Source: Vicugna vicugna (Eukaryota). From it: a stretch of DNA of 64,000 bases. Positions 1 to 13,700 of this stretch are shown here, in pieces. Below the pieces are notes generated by a model that saw nothing but the letters and a program-made list of their open reading frames with translations, ran no database searches and was not told the origin of the DNA. Position 1 is the first letter of the stretch; each line of letters starts with the position of its first letter. A program made the position numbers and the translations under genes. Where the stretch lies: NCBI GenBank assembly GCA_013265495.1, contig MU058065.1, positions 9,651,720-9,715,719 on the forward strand. Direction: 5' to 3'.

Positions 1-1579
1 TGAAGTGCAGTAATAAGATTTTGTTCCAAATTTTACACTTTGCCAAAGGTCTGTTTCTCAGCTGCATTTTGGGAACAGCTGTCAGCCCCAAGCAATCTGA
101 TTGCTTTTCATGAATGATAAATCACTTTCCTGTACACTGATTTGTTTAGGTACAATAGGAAGAGACATCTTTCCACCTAGTATGTTAGCAGAGGAATTGG
201 TAGAGTATTATGGTGGGGGAGAAGTGTGAAAGTTCTAGTGGGTGTTTCCTTAGTACTTAAATGTTCAATTAATGATAATTTCATTTTGAGTGGATACAGG
301 AAAGAAATTCTCTTTATTAGTGGGTCTGAAGGCAGCAGGAAAAAGCAGTGGTCCTTTCTCTATTAGGAGCCATTATCAGTTTACTACTGGATCATCTGTT
401 TGAAAATAAAGAGATTCTCCAGGATCATTCATTTGTTTAAAAAATTGCCCATACCAAGTTGTGAGGGTTAAACGGGTGTTGGAAGTTACAAAAAGGAAGC
501 TCAGCTTTCATTAAAGTATTCAATTAGTGAGACTCAGCAGTCCATGAAAATATTTATCATATTCCCAGCTCAGTTCAGACTTTATCTGCTCCAGTTTTCC
601 TTGCACAGAATCACAGACATCTACGTTTGCTGCTTCACATCCAGGGGAACAGGAGAAAGGCTGGAGGTGGTGGGGGCATCTCATCCTTAATGTATTATAT
701 TTACTGCTTGAATTTTAGTTTTGGAAAGAAAAGTTTTGAAGTGAGAAGTGAGGGATTCAAGTCTTTCTTTTGCCTTGATGTTTGTTCCTCATGGTGGTAT
801 CCCTTTGTCTGCCTGGTGGGCTACTGTCAACATCTTTCTGTGAGAGATCCTGTCATTCTATTTGCCTAACTCTTCTTCTTGAATATAAAAAAAGATAATC
901 CTAAATCATAGATTTTCACTAAGAACAGTAAGTGGCCTGCGATGGCATATTCAGTTTTTGGCCCCCAATTTGTTGAAGTTTCTCCCTTCATTGTAAGCAT
1001 AGATGGCCTTGCCAGGCACCCCATGCCCTCATCCTGTGTGCCTCCTTTCTGTGTGCCCCCAACCTCTGTCGGGGCTCCTTGGGGACTGGCGAGTGCAGCC
1101 AAGCTGACTTGTACAATCAGACAAAGCAGAAAAACTATTGGCATCATTCCTCAGCTGGATGTCAGCAGGCCAGGCACTTACTGCAGGGATGCTCTTTTAT
1201 TTTAATAAGTAATTTATTTAATGAGCCGACAATGGCAAAATGTCAAATACAGAGACTTCAAGGATGAACAACACAATTATAAGGAGCAGGAAGTCTGTTG
1301 GGCTTGTGATATTCAGCATCCTCGGAAATGACGTTCCTTGAGCTGATTTCAAAATCACTTGGCAACTGACTTGAAAAAGGATCTCTGCCATTAGTCTTGA
1401 GAGAAGTGATGTCACCCATATGAAGGTTCAGAGTTAGTAATATGAGCATGGCAAGTTCTGAGTGTAGACAGTGTGGGGTAATATGGTGGGTTGTCATATT
1501 TGGTGAGAAGCCTTATAGCTGGCCCAATGGAGTGCCTCCTCCTGCCAAGTCACCTGTGTGGCAGCATCTGATGCTTGCA

Positions 1580-1750
1580 CTCAGTGTGGCCAAGGGAGAG
1601 GAAAGAGACCTCCACTTTGGTTCTGCTGTCAATTCTAGGTGTGTCCTTGGATGATTCACTTTAGGCTCTGAGGTGTTTGTCCTCTCATGTTAAATGGAAG
1701 GGCCTGAAGTTTGAAAAGCTTTGAGTTGCTTTCCAGATTCTGAGATCTGA
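1580..1750 (+). mobile_element. MIR/MIR3-like SINE relic
   Basis: Degenerate MIR core: 'gtgtgtccttggatgattcactttaggctctgagg...tcctctcatgttaaatgga'. Confidence 0.5.
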
Positions 1751-1904
1751 TTTTCCCTTAAAGTAATATCCCTTCCAGTGTACAAGATGTGTTCATTAAT
1801 TCCTCACACCTGGCTCTGGTTGGTTGCTTTCAAATCCTATAAAAGTAATAAACCAGTTAACCTGAATGTAGAATATAAAGGCTTATAGTAATTCTACTGA
1901 TCCA

Positions 1905-2010
1905 ACCTTAATTTAATAATTATCTATGAGTACCTACTGGATGCCAGGTACTATTTTAGGCACCAGACTTACGGCAAAACATCCTTGCTGTCATTAAGCT
2001 AACTTCCTAT
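1905..2010 (-). mobile_element. L2 3' end fragment
   Basis: 'tatctatgagtacctactggatgccaggtactattttaggcacc' resembles the reverse complement of the L2 3' terminus. Confidence 0.6.
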
Positions 2011-2559
2011 TAACTTATGGACAGAGTATCATCAGGTACCCTGAACTCATGCTTTGAAAGGAGTATTCTTTCTAGAAGCCTGTATCAATTTTTTTTTAAT
2101 TGGTCAAGTGGAAAAAAAGTCACATTGTGAACTGTGCTACGTTTGATGTGTTAATCTGGCATATTCTTCGGCCATTCTAATTTGTTTCTTCTTCCTTTGT
2201 TAGAATTTAATTATAACTCATATTGCTTGATTCTTCCCTTCTGACTCCGGAGGGCTCTATAATATGCCCGTAATCCTTCCTAGGCCCAAATGCAGGGACA
2301 AAAACCTGCTTCTACTCAGAGTCTGGGTTCTGTGCTTCAACTTGTTCTGTGCTGCTCCTCTGCTGGCAGCGGTGCATAACTGTGAGCCACTGATTTGCAC
2401 ATGGTGCTAGCTGGCTTTGCTTCTGAAAGGGATAATGTGCATGGCTGTTCTCCCACTGATGTGTGGGAGCTGCCATTTGAGGGTATGTAATACTTTATTT
2501 TCCATCTAGCTTAGATTTCTAAGGCTCAATGTCCGACATCTGTTGTCCTTCATGTTGGA

Positions 2560-5550
2560 ATTTTAAAATTACCTGTTTTATGATTATAAACTAATAATAT
2601 TTATCATTTAAAATATAGAAAATAAAGTATAATAAGGAAAAGAAAAATAACCCATAATCCCATGACACTGAATTAACCATTATAAGCCTCCTCTTTGTAT
2701 ATATTTCATAATATATGCAGTTTTGTATTCTGTTTATTTTTTGTCCTCAGAAGTATATTTTGAGAATATCTCCAATAATATTAAAAATCTTTGGAGATCT
2801 AATTGTAATGGCTACATAATATTCAATCATATAGACTTATCACAATTTATTTAACCAATACCTTATTATTGGACATAGTCTTCAATTTATTACTCTTACA
2901 AATACTGTGGGTAATAGCCTTGTTATGTATTTCAAATATCTACCCAAGTTAATTCCTTAAGAAAAATTCTAAGAAATGAAATTGTTGAACTAAACAACAT
3001 GAATGTTCCTGACCTAGCTATTGTTTAGAATGGTTCAGAAACTATTCTCTTGCTAGAATCATGTATTACATTTTTGAAAAATCTATGTCAATTTGTTAGC
3101 CAAAAAAAGTATTTCACTATTGTTTTATTTTCTAATTGTTAGATTACTAGTGAGATCGAATCTGTGTTTCACGTGTTTATTTGCCGTTTATTTTTTATTC
3201 TGTATATTGATTGTCTCTACTTCTTTATCTAATTTTCAGTTGATGTGTGGTGCACTGAATAATGGCCTCCTAAAGATGTTCACAACCTAATCTCCACAAG
3301 ATGTGAATATGTTGCCTTACATGGCAAAGCGATTTTATAAATGTGTTTAAATTAAGGACCTTGAGATGGGGAGATTATTTTGGATTATACAGGTGGGGTC
3401 ATTACAAGAGGAAGACTGATGAGTTGGTGTGAAAGCCAATGTGATGATGTAAGCAGAGGTCAGAGAAGAGAGAGACCTGAAGATACTATACTGCAAGCAT
3501 TGAGGAGAAAGGAAGGGTCTGTGAGGCAAAGAATGCAGGTGTCTCTAGAAGCTGGAAGAGGCAGGGAAAGGGGCTGTCTTCTAGGGCCTCTAGAAAGAAC
3601 CAGCCCTTAGGGCATCTTGACTTCAACCCTGTGAAATTGACTTTGGACCTTTGACCTCCAGATATGTAAGGAAATATATTTGGATTGTTTTAAGCCACTA
3701 ACTTTGTGGTAATCTGTTATGGCAGCAGGAAATGAATACATAGTATGTTCTTATTTTTCTGATTGATATGTAAATTTTCTTCTATACAATAAAGTTATTA
3801 ACTTGTATATGTTGCAAATATCTTTCCCAGGTTGCAATTTGCTTTTAAATATTTTTATAGTGTTTTCTGATACAGAGTTTTGTTTTTAACTTTTAAAATA
3901 TTATTGATGTTACATTAGATTAATTTTATTTCTGTGGTATACAAATTTAAAAAATTATGCAGTCAAATCTATGTATCTTTTCCTTGGTGATATATTTTAT
4001 TGCTTTTAAATCAGTTTTATATTCACCAATGTTACTTCCAGCATTTTTATGGTATGTGATTTTTCATTTATCATTCTTCATTAAGTTTTTATATATTTTT
4101 AGTACTATTTCAGGGCTATCTTGTCTACCCCATTAATCTGTCAAATCCTGTGCTATTACCATACCATCTAAATTATTGTAGTTTCATAAAAGTTTTTATA
4201 TCTAGTAAGCCAAGTCCTCATTCATTACTCTTTTCCTTAACATTTTTTTAAGCTGGTCTCAATATTTTATTTTTCCAGATGAATCTTAGAATCATTTAGA
4301 TAAGTTAAAAAATTTCATGGGTATTTAAATTTGAAATTTGCAATAAATCAGTAAATTATTTTGAAAAGAATGGCATCTTTTAAAATCAGCTCTTATCAGA
4401 GAAGAACGTAGTATGTTTTTCTTTTATAAAAATACAAAAAATTTTCTATAAAGTTTTATAGATTTATTGATGTAATCTCGGATGTTATTAAATAAGATTA
4501 GTGTTAGGCATTTTGTATGTTTTGTTACTATGGAATTAGAATGTTTTTCCATGGTATTTACTAACTGATTTTAGCTTATATACTGAAAAGCTGTCTATTT
4601 TCATATGTATATCTTCTGCTTTATTGAACTTTACTAATTATGAGTTTTTCAGTTGATTCTTTTGGGTTTTTAGGTATATAATTATATCACATGCAAATAC
4701 TGGTGATTTTATCTCCTACATCCTTTGTGTTTCTAGGATATACTGTTTTGCTTATTGGACATTAATTTAGGTGGCTAGATTGTTTGTTTATTAGGATTAT
4801 TGAATCTATATTTCTAAATGAGACAAGGCTGTAATTTTAATATTTTCCTCTATCAGATTTTGGCATTGGGGTGGCATATAGTTTCCTAAAATATTTTTGG
4901 TGCTTACAGTTTTTTTTTTTTCCTATTTCCTGAAGCATATATTGCATGGAGATTTGAAAGAACTCACCCATAAATCTAACTGCTTTGGATCATTTTAGAA
5001 GTCATTTTTTAAAACTTACTCAATTTCTTTTACTATTTTTTCTAATCAGGTTTCTTCCACTTAAGTCATTTTCAGTGATTTATATTCTTTCACAGAATTG
5101 TCCTTTCATTCATTTAAATCTCAGTGAAATCTCAACGATTCCAAAGAATTATTTGGGTGACTATGTTTTCAATTCTCCTAAGATGGTACATTGTTACTAC
5201 CATTCCATATACATAGGAGAGAAGTTAATTCATTATATGCAATAGTTGCCTTAGGGCTTAATTCTCTCCTGGAGCTGGCTGAAAAGAGCTGGAGTTATAC
5301 ATAATACTTTAAACTAATTATAAAAATTTCTGTGTCTTTTTAAATATTCTATCCCTTCTTGTATTTATTGGGATTAATTTTTTTTCAGATTTATATATTT
5401 TTTTCCCCAAAGAACCAGCTCTTGAATCTCAGTTACAATTTTAATGTGATTCTGTTTACTAGTTTGGTTATATTCGGTTTTATTTTTATTTTTCCCTTCC
5501 TTCAGATTTTAGTAGGTTTCTTTTGTTGAACTCTTTCTAATGGTTTGATT
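2560..5550 (-). mobile_element. Old L1 (L1ME-like) 3' region, interrupted by an MLT1 LTR
   Basis: T-rich antisense L1 3'UTR/ORF2-like text ('aaaataacccataatcccat', 'ttttccagatgaatcttagaatcattt', 'ttttcagttgattcttttgggtttttaggtatataattatatcacatgcaaata', 'aagaaccagctcttg'); no intact ORF. Confidence 0.7.
3247..3740 (+). mobile_element. MaLR solo LTR (MLT1D-like)
   Basis: Starts 'tgtggtgcactgaataatggcctcctaaagatgttcac', contains 'tctagaagctggaagaggcaggga', ends 'gttttaagccactaactttgtggtaatctgttatggcagcaggaaatgaataca'. Confidence 0.85.
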
Positions 5551-6119
5551 TGAGTAGCTCGTGGGAACACCCTAAGTAGAGCTAACTGGCTAAGGTAAAG
5601 GATGGGATGGGTCAGGGATAAAGAGAGATAACAGCTTAAAAGGCTGGTATAGATAGAATTAGGGAGGGCCATGAGTGCAAAAACAGAGATTTTATTCTGA
5701 ATGGCAGAATTGGGTGTTAGTGGTTGTAGAGCTAGGAAAGTTATTTACTCTGTGGACAGTTTTAGTCAAGGTGCTGCCCAGAGTCCACTCTTTTGTAAAG
5801 ACAGTCTGTGTTGATTAAGCCATTTCTGGGTTATAAAGTATTTGTGAAGGGTCTACTAGGAGTGCTACATACGGAGCACTGTGTTAGGGGCAACACAGAA
5901 CATGCAAGAGGAGTGTGACATTTTTGAGCATTTTGTTGCAAAAGCAAACTGAGTTTGTAGTATCCATTCAAAGAAGAAAGATCAGAGTTAGGATCTTGAA
6001 TAAACAAAAGACTTTCTGAAAAGGCAGAATTTGATCTGGGTCTGAAAGAAGGAAAATGTGAATGGTTTAGCAATAAACCTCACTCTCACAGTATGGAGAG
6101 AACCTAATGGGGATGGGAG

Positions 6120-6750
6120 TGTGGATTGTGGTGAACAGAGAATGGGCTGATGATAGCCAGTGCATACTAGGTTTACAGAGAATCTTTACAAGCCAGAAGA
6201 GTTGGTGTCTTAGTGCAGTAAATGGAAGGGAGCCACTGAAAGTTCTTGAAAAGGGAATGGCCCAGTGAAAGCATCCTTTTCACATGATGAGGCTGGCAAT
6301 AGTATTTAGGCTGGATCAGAGGGGAGAGACCTGACTCTGACAGTCAGGGGGGAAATTATAGTAGGTTATATGCGGAGTTAGGAATGTCAATTTCGAATAC
6401 AAATAAATGAAAGGGTGATTTTGAGAGGTGACAGATGGAAAATCAAAGACAGGGAAAGATTAATGACACCTCTCAGTTTTAATTCTTAGGTATTTGAAAG
6501 CAAATGGTTGTAAAGGGATGATATTTGAGAAGGAATCTCATGTATTACATTTTGGGCTTCTTGAGTTTGAGATTATGACTGGACATCCACTTGCAGAGTG
6601 GCTGTAGTTGGTTGGAAATACAAAACTAACGTGCAGAGGACTAGAGGATAAGAGGTTTGACCAGACCATGGACTTGGATGAGTCCGTCAAAAGGTTAAAT
6701 GCAGATAGAGAAGAGCAGAAGACTGAGTCCTGAGGAGCTAATCTTGGATA
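6120..6750 (-). mobile_element. L2 fragment
   Basis: Purine-rich antisense L2 text ('gggagccactgaaagttcttgaaaagggaatgg', 'ttttgggcttcttgagtttgagattatgactggacatcca', 'gatagagaagagcagaagactgag'). Confidence 0.65.
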
Positions 6751-8530
6751 TTGTTAGAGAATAAATTCAAGGTGTGTAAGCTACAAAAGGAGTATGAGGT
6801 GTTATATGGAAACTGAAGCCAGTAGATACAAAATAACATGTTGCATTGGTTGAGCAGCAGAAAGAAACGTGCTACTTGAAAGAAGGGAAACAGGGTCAAG
6901 TGAGCAATAACACTAAAGATAAAAATAATAATGCTAGGAAGGATTTTATGTAATCTAAACATCAGGTGATGCTTGAAGGTATGCAGAGAAAGGCAGAAAG
7001 AAGTTATACAGAGAAAGATGATTAAGTACAGGAGCAAATTTTAGTCTTTTTCTGAAATATATTAACTATACTGACCCAAATACATTAATCATATTGAATA
7101 AAATATAGTTATCTTAGTAAAAGTTCAGATAAACTTAACTGGATGTAGTCTAGTTTCAAAAAAGTATGTTCAAGTCAGTGATAAAGAATAAAATACTATT
7201 CAGTATTAGCATATAATATCCAAGAGCAAAGGAATTGACAGTTGACAAATATGAGCTAAGTTCATGCTAAGAAGTTAACTATCCAGAGTTAATCTATTAA
7301 AGAATAGATGGATGGTTTTATCAATATTGCTGACTATTTGGCTCTTCAATAAATGGAATCTATGTGTCTTTGAAGTTTATAAATCAAAGTGACTTTGATA
7401 TGAGCTTCTTTGGAATAATTGGAAAAATACTGATTTTATTTTCATTTTTCTTTTCTTTTGAGTTGTTACTTGGAATTTGCATACTTCTCTCAGAGTAATA
7501 AAATTTAATCTAAAGTTCAAGGCAACTATTTGTATTTTATGAAACTCTTAAGTTTAAGATTGTATTTCTTGGAATAGTGATTTACATATGTCTGAAAACT
7601 TTATAGGGCAAGAATCAGTTACATTTTTTTTTAAAAGAGGAGGGATAGAAAACTCTGAGTAACAAAGTAGAAAATTATTTTTATATCAGAGAAAAGAAGA
7701 TAAAAATGTGTGTTTCAGGACATGATTTGAAAGACCTTGTTCTTGCTTACACTGAGGAGGAAGGAGGGGAGAATCGAGGAACTGCAGGATTGAAGTTAGA
7801 AACAAGGAGAGGATGCTTGGAAATGAGGTCACCCAGCAGGAGACCAGTGCAAAGATCAGAGTGTGCTGAGATGCCTAGATGAAAACGGAGAAGGGCTGGC
7901 AAGGAAGAAAGGGACAGGATGTAGGGAAAGTCTGCAGGAGCCCCCTGAACTGGTCTGATAGCATTCTTTTGTGTAAAACTGCCTCTGAAGTCCAAAGGCC
8001 TTGTCCTTATAGCTACCCCTCTACAGAGTTAAAGACCCACCATGCTGAAGCCAGCATCTCTCTCTAGTCGCCGAAGAAACATTTTTTTCTTCCAGTAGAA
8101 TATAGTTTCTCTTAAACATGGCATAATATTTTTTCTCTAAAAACCTTTTTTATTAGACTTAATTTTGTTCTCCACTCTGGAAAAAGTCTGTGCAGACAAG
8201 AATGATTTCACTGGGCTTTGTACATATATTCAGACAGACTTGTCTATGCTGTTGGGAAGTTGGTCAGAGTAAGACTGTGCCAGAAACCTGGGGCATACGT
8301 GTTGCTCTGGTTGTAGGGTATTCTCAAGTGAATCAAGGATCTGAGATTCAACCTGCCCAGTGTAGTTCCAGTAGGGTCATAATCAGTAGGGAAAGGCATT
8401 TCCTACCATTTGTGGAAATCTGCAGAGACCTTTCTTACGTAGAGTAGATAAATCCATAATCCTGACTATGGAAAGAATTTGGCTTGCTTTAGATGAATAG
8501 GATATTTTGGAAAAATATAAGAACCAACTG

Positions 8531-8845
8531 CAGAGGAGGGATAGTAGAGTGGTTATGTGCATGGACTCTGGAGCCAGAATGACTGGATTTATATCCCATA
8601 GCTACCACCAGCCAGCTGGATGACCTTGGGCAAGGGCTGGGTCTTTCTATGCCTCATTTCCTCATCCATTAAATGGAAATGATGGTAGTGATGGTATCTA
8701 ATGGAGAGATATATGGTGATATAATATAATAATAATAGTCATACCTATAAGGTTCATGTACTGATTAAATAAGTTTGTATATGTAAAGGATTTAGAATTG
8801 CACCTGGCACACATGACACACTTTGTAATTAATGTTGTTATTATT
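8531..8845 (+). mobile_element. MIR SINE
   Basis: 'gtggttatgtgcatggactctggagccaga...gatgaccttgggcaag...gcctcatttcctcatccattaaatgg...gatttagaattgcacctggcacaca'. Confidence 0.85.
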
Positions 8846-9424
8846 AAATAATGAATTCAATGTCAGAGACTGTCTTCTGTTTTCTATAACATGTAGGTTA
8901 TGATGTGAGGTCAAAGCTATCTTATAAAGTATCCTTTCTCCCTAGTATTTCCTTTGTTTTTGTAGAAACCAAATCATACTTTTCCCACTTGAAAATGACA
9001 ATAATGTTTTCTACTTACCATCTGGGTATTGTGTCCCATATTTTTGTTCTAGTGCCAAGACAAAATGAAGATCTTTGACTAACTACTTCAATATAGCTCA
9101 GTTGACTTAGTTCAATGAGTTGCTGTTGGCTGAAAGTTTTTCTTTTTTTAATGACATTTCAATGAGCCACTTGCTAATTTTTTGGGGAAAAAGAATTTCC
9201 TTATTAGAACTAGAACACAAAACTTGTCGGCTTATGAGGCACTCAGAATTATAAATAAGGTGACTAAAGTCAATAATAGAAAAATCTGAAGGGAATTGTT
9301 TTATACTCTCAGTCTTCCTAGAAGATACCAAGGATTGCCCATTTGCTTGAAAAGGAGTTTGAAGTTTGGGTTTCTTTTTCATTTTTCATAGTATATTTCT
9401 AGCAGTAGAAATTCATGGATATGT

Positions 9425-10560
9425 TATTTATTCATTCAATTTACTTATTATAAAATTTGTATTGAATATCTGCTTCATGTAAAACAAACCACTGTCCTAG
9501 GTCCTAGAATTACAAAGATGAATTAGACGACAACATTAGTCCTTAAGGAGCTATCCCTTTTGTGGTAAAATAAGATGACATTTAGATAAATATAATATAT
9601 GACATAATTTTCTAAATGGCATATCAAAAAGATAAGGGGAATGCCATAAAGATATGGAGGGGGAAAACAGCAAAGTTAATTTGAAGAGTTAGTGAAATTT
9701 TCATGAATTAAATGATACTTGAGTTGGATGTTGAAGGCCAGGAAATTTTGGCTAAGAGGATAGCATGAGTAAATGTGGAGAGATGGGAAACAGCAGCAGA
9801 CATTTTTAGGGAGAAAACATTGTTCAGCAAAGTTTAAAGAGAAAACTTCACACAATGAACACCTATTATGTGCCTTGGTCATGCTGCAGGCCCTGGAGAT
9901 GTGGAGCTGAACAAGGAGACTAGGTGCCTAGTCTCAACAGAGCATGCATATTAGTGGTTGGAGATACAATGTATAAAGTAAACAGACAAGATAATCTATT
10001 AGTGAAAAATGCTATAAAATAAAAATAAAATAATGAAAGATGAGTGACGAGGTTGGGAGAAGTTACTTGAGAAGGTACTTTAGAGTTCAAGGAAGACTTC
10101 TCTGAAGAGGTGAAATTTAATGTGAGACTAGAGTAATGAGAAAGATCCAGGGTTTTAAAGACCTATGGAGGGGGAACTGCCAGGGTTAGTGATAAAACAA
10201 GCTTATTTGATGAACAGAAAGGTCAGTGTGGCTGGAAAGTCATGATCAGTAGCAAGAATAATATGAGATGAGGTCAGAGAGACAGGCAAGATCTCATAGG
10301 ATCTTAGAGAGTATGACAACTATTTTGTGTTTTATTCCAAATGCAATGGGAGACCATTTGAGGATTTCAGGCAGAGGAGTGATGTTTGAACTACATTTTA
10401 GAAAGAACACTAAGGTTGCTGTGTAAAGAGTGGACTGTGGAATACGGAGGGACAAAATGGAAATTAGGGAGATCTCTTGGAGTTTATTGCAGTAATGGGC
10501 AACAGATGCTGCTGCCTTACATTAGGGCATAGCAGGGAGATGAGACTTCATTCTGGAAAG
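9425..10560 (-). mobile_element. L2 fragments (two overlapping 3' pieces)
   Basis: 'ttattcattcaattt...ttgaatatctgcttcatgt', 'gaacacctattatgtgccttgg...ctggagatgtggagctgaacaag', 'ttttattccaaatgcaatgggagaccatttgaggatttcaggcagaggagtga'. Confidence 0.75.
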
Positions 10561-11134
10561 ACAGGGAGTCATAGAGTGAAGGCCTTTGCATTCTCCCAGT
10601 CTGAAGATTTGGAATTGATTCTGGAGGCAGAAAGGAGAGTAAAATTATTGACAGATTTAAATCTTTGGAGTGTTTACCCTTTGATTTATTTATTTTTTTC
10701 CTTTGGAAGATGTATTTTTAATTTAAAAACACTCATTAGTAGTTGATTAGCACATTACATACTAACTACTTCTGTGGTACCTTAATGATCTGACAAATAA
10801 ACGGGTCTTAAAAAGTTGTCCACTTCGTAACTGTTGTAGAATCAGATTTCCTTTCCCCTTGGGAACATCTTCAGGAAGACAGACTAGAGACACAGGTTTG
10901 TTGTTGGTTTTTTAAAACTAATTAGTCCATATTATACTATGAAAAGTGGTCAATATAACAGAGTTCTGCTGGTCTCATAGATACTCTAGTCTGAGGAGTC
11001 TGGAAGTTTTAAGGCAGGAATGCCCAACTCAGATGTTAAAAGACTGGACAGGAAATGTGAATGATCTAAATGGGGAGTGTGTGGAATGGGGAAAACTAAA
11101 AACTTATCTTCATCTAAAAGTGAGCAGTAATTCC

Positions 11135-11300
11135 TCCGTTGTGGCAATATGGATATTCTAATTTTTAAGAGAAGAATCTGAAATGTCCCTGATTTTTAAA
11201 AGATGACAACTAATTAAAATAAATTAATACTATACAGGCCAAAGTAAAATGTGTTTGTAGACTTGTTTCAGTCTGAGGACCAATACTTTGCAAGTTCGAA
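11135..11300 (+). mobile_element. Ancient non-autonomous DNA transposon (hAT-Tip100/MamTip-like)
   Basis: 'tttttaagagaagaatctgaaatgtccctgatttttaaaagatgacaactaatt...caggccaaagtaaaatgtgtttgtag'; a related copy lies in the opposite orientation at ~60495-60615. Confidence 0.5.
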
Positions 11301-12240
11301 ATGAAGTCTTCTCCAAAAACCACAGGAAGGCTCTGCTTCAGCTAATCTATGATGGAGGCAGAAACAAAGCTCAGTGCCTTGAAAACTGGGACCCAATGGG
11401 GAGGGAATAGAGGCAGAAGAGCCTGTGAGAGTTGTGGGAGAAGCTGAGCAGGAAGAGGAGGCAGAAGAATGAAAGAAGGATGTTCAGTGAGGTGGATGGT
11501 ATAGTCTGATGAAGACAGGCTGGGTGAAGCAGAGAAGCATTCTGCGTAAGATCATCTAGACCATGAGTGTTTGTGATCATCTGACATTAGGAGTGTTTTG
11601 TTTCTGGTAACAGACTGTACTTACGTGTCCTTCCAGACACTATGGGTAAATCTAAGGGGTTATGTAATCTTGAAGTGATATTGGCTTCTTGGGGAGTTTA
11701 TAGATACAAGCTTATTTTCAACTCTTTTTAAAAACTTAATTTCCAATTAAAATCTCTTCTTTGGTTAAACTGGGCTTCCCAATTGCCTTCTTGCCCATGT
11801 GGCTGAGTCACTCCAGTTCTTAGTGATCTTCCCATCAGCTGAGTATACAGCCTTGATTACAGATGATGATACAGAAATCAGTCAGGTACTTTTTTGCAGC
11901 TTCTTTGCATAATTATAGTATTTGACAACAATGAATTAACTTTCCCCCATATATTTATCTTTTCTTCCCAAATACTGAGTAATTTTGAAGGTTGAAGATC
12001 TTACCTTACTCTTCTAGTATTCACCAAAGGGTTTAATATTGTGCTTTTATACCCTGTAGGTGCCCTCCCCTGGCAAAATGTGTCCAGTTTACAAGATAAC
12101 AAGATACTGAGTTGAAGAGCAGAAAGTAAAAGTTAGCCAACCACATTGTCTATGTGAGATTAAAAAAAACTTTGATTTTTTTCCCCCCACTGGATTGAGG
12201 ATTGATTTTTTTAAAAAACTTAATTGATAGCTTTTTTGGT

Positions 12241-12483
12241 CTTTTTTTTTATTGTAGTATAGTCAGTTTACAATGTTTTATCAATTTCTGGTGTACAGCA
12301 AAATGTTTCAGTCATACATATTTATACATATGTTCATTTTCATATTCTTTTTCATTATAAGTTACTACAAGATGTTGAATATAGTTCCCTGTGCTATGCA
12401 GAAGAAACATGTTGTTTATCTGTTTTCTATATAGTAGTTAGTATCTGCAAATCTCAAACTCCCAATTTATCCCTTCCCACCCC
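12241..12483 (-). mobile_element. Young 5'-truncated L1 3' end with TSD
   Basis: Poly(T), then 'attgtagtatagtcagtttacaatgttttatcaatttctggtgtacagc...tatagttccctgtgctatgca'; flanked by aattgatagcttttttggt (12222-12240) and aactgatagctattttgtt (12484-12502). Confidence 0.9.
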
Positions 12484-12869
12484 AACTGATAGCTATTTTG
12501 TTATTGCACAGGCATAGCTTCTGTGTTATGGAGCCCAAGAATACCTCTGTCCAAAGCAGAGCATGGTAACAGTTCATAAACCTGGAATTTACCCAGGCCA
12601 TTTAATTAGCAAGCATTTAATGAGTTTCCCTCCCCCCGCCAACCAATATTTAGGATTGTGGCTGCTTTGTGGCTCATTGTCTACCATGGTTACAGATCGC
12701 CATTTGGATCAAAGATCATCAGAGAAAAAGGCATAGCCAAGGAAATCTGCAGTTGCAGAACACAGTGGAGAAAAGGGATATTGTCCTTCTTTCTAACACT
12801 ACGGTGTTGGCTGAAGAAATTGCCTTGCAATCTGGTTAGAGAAGCTATAAAAAACTTTAGTATTTGAAA

Positions 12870-13700
12870 CTAAATCTTCATATGATATGGGAAACAATGC
12901 CAGAAAATTGAAAAATAAAGAGGCAATACATCAAGTACCACTTTGTCAAGGCTTTATTCTAAAGCATGTACTGCAGATTATCAAATATTCCTTGGGAGGG
13001 ATGTGGAGGGAGAAAGTTTCTAGAAGAAGAAACAAGATGAGCAATATTGTAGAGTTAGCAGAGGCTTGTGAACCCATATGGATTGTGGATTGTCCCAAAT
13101 GGCTGGAGGAGAGGATTTCTGCTAAGAGTGTTTTAGGAACAAAAGTGGAGTGTATGGGGGAGTTAAAAGTAGACTAGAACTAGCCTCTTCTTCAGGATTT
13201 ACTTATGTGTCTGCCTCCCAGGTAGATGAGAACTTCTAAAAAGAACCGTATTTTATTCTTTTTTTCTCTTAAGACCAATAAATGCTCAATATTCTTGCTA
13301 CTTTTTTGTAACCTTGGTGTTTATACAAATGCCTGGAAAACAAGGTTCTGTATGAATGTTGAATCTGATAAGGGTTCATGATAATGGAACTCAGCTGTGT
13401 ATGGCTTTGAAAGCCAAGTAAGCAAGTTCAGGTTTGGTTCTTGTGCAATGAAGAGTCTTTGAAACTTTCTGAGAAAGGAAATCATATGATCAAAGCTGTG
13501 CTTTCTGAAGATAGCACAAGGAACGGTATGAAGGAGAACAAATTAGAGAGAGGAGAGAGCCAAGGCAAGGAGACCTGTCAGCTGTCACAAAAGTCTAGGT
13601 GAAGGGGGCCAAGCCCAGACCAAGGGATGGAGGCTGTGAGAGTAGAACAGAGAAAGAAACTCAGAAAATGAAAGCGAGGACCTGGAGTTACAGGTACCTA
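12870..13700 (-). mobile_element. L2 fragments
   Basis: 'gcaatgaagagtctttgaaactttctgagaaaggaaatcatatgatcaaagctgtgctttctgaagatagc', 'aggcaaggagacctgtcag...aagtctaggtgaagg'. Confidence 0.55.

Noticed and set aside
627..1654. Cluster of 62-93 aa ORFs on both strands
   Set aside because: No recognisable domains or convincing splice-site pairs; expected by chance in a slightly GC-richer patch.
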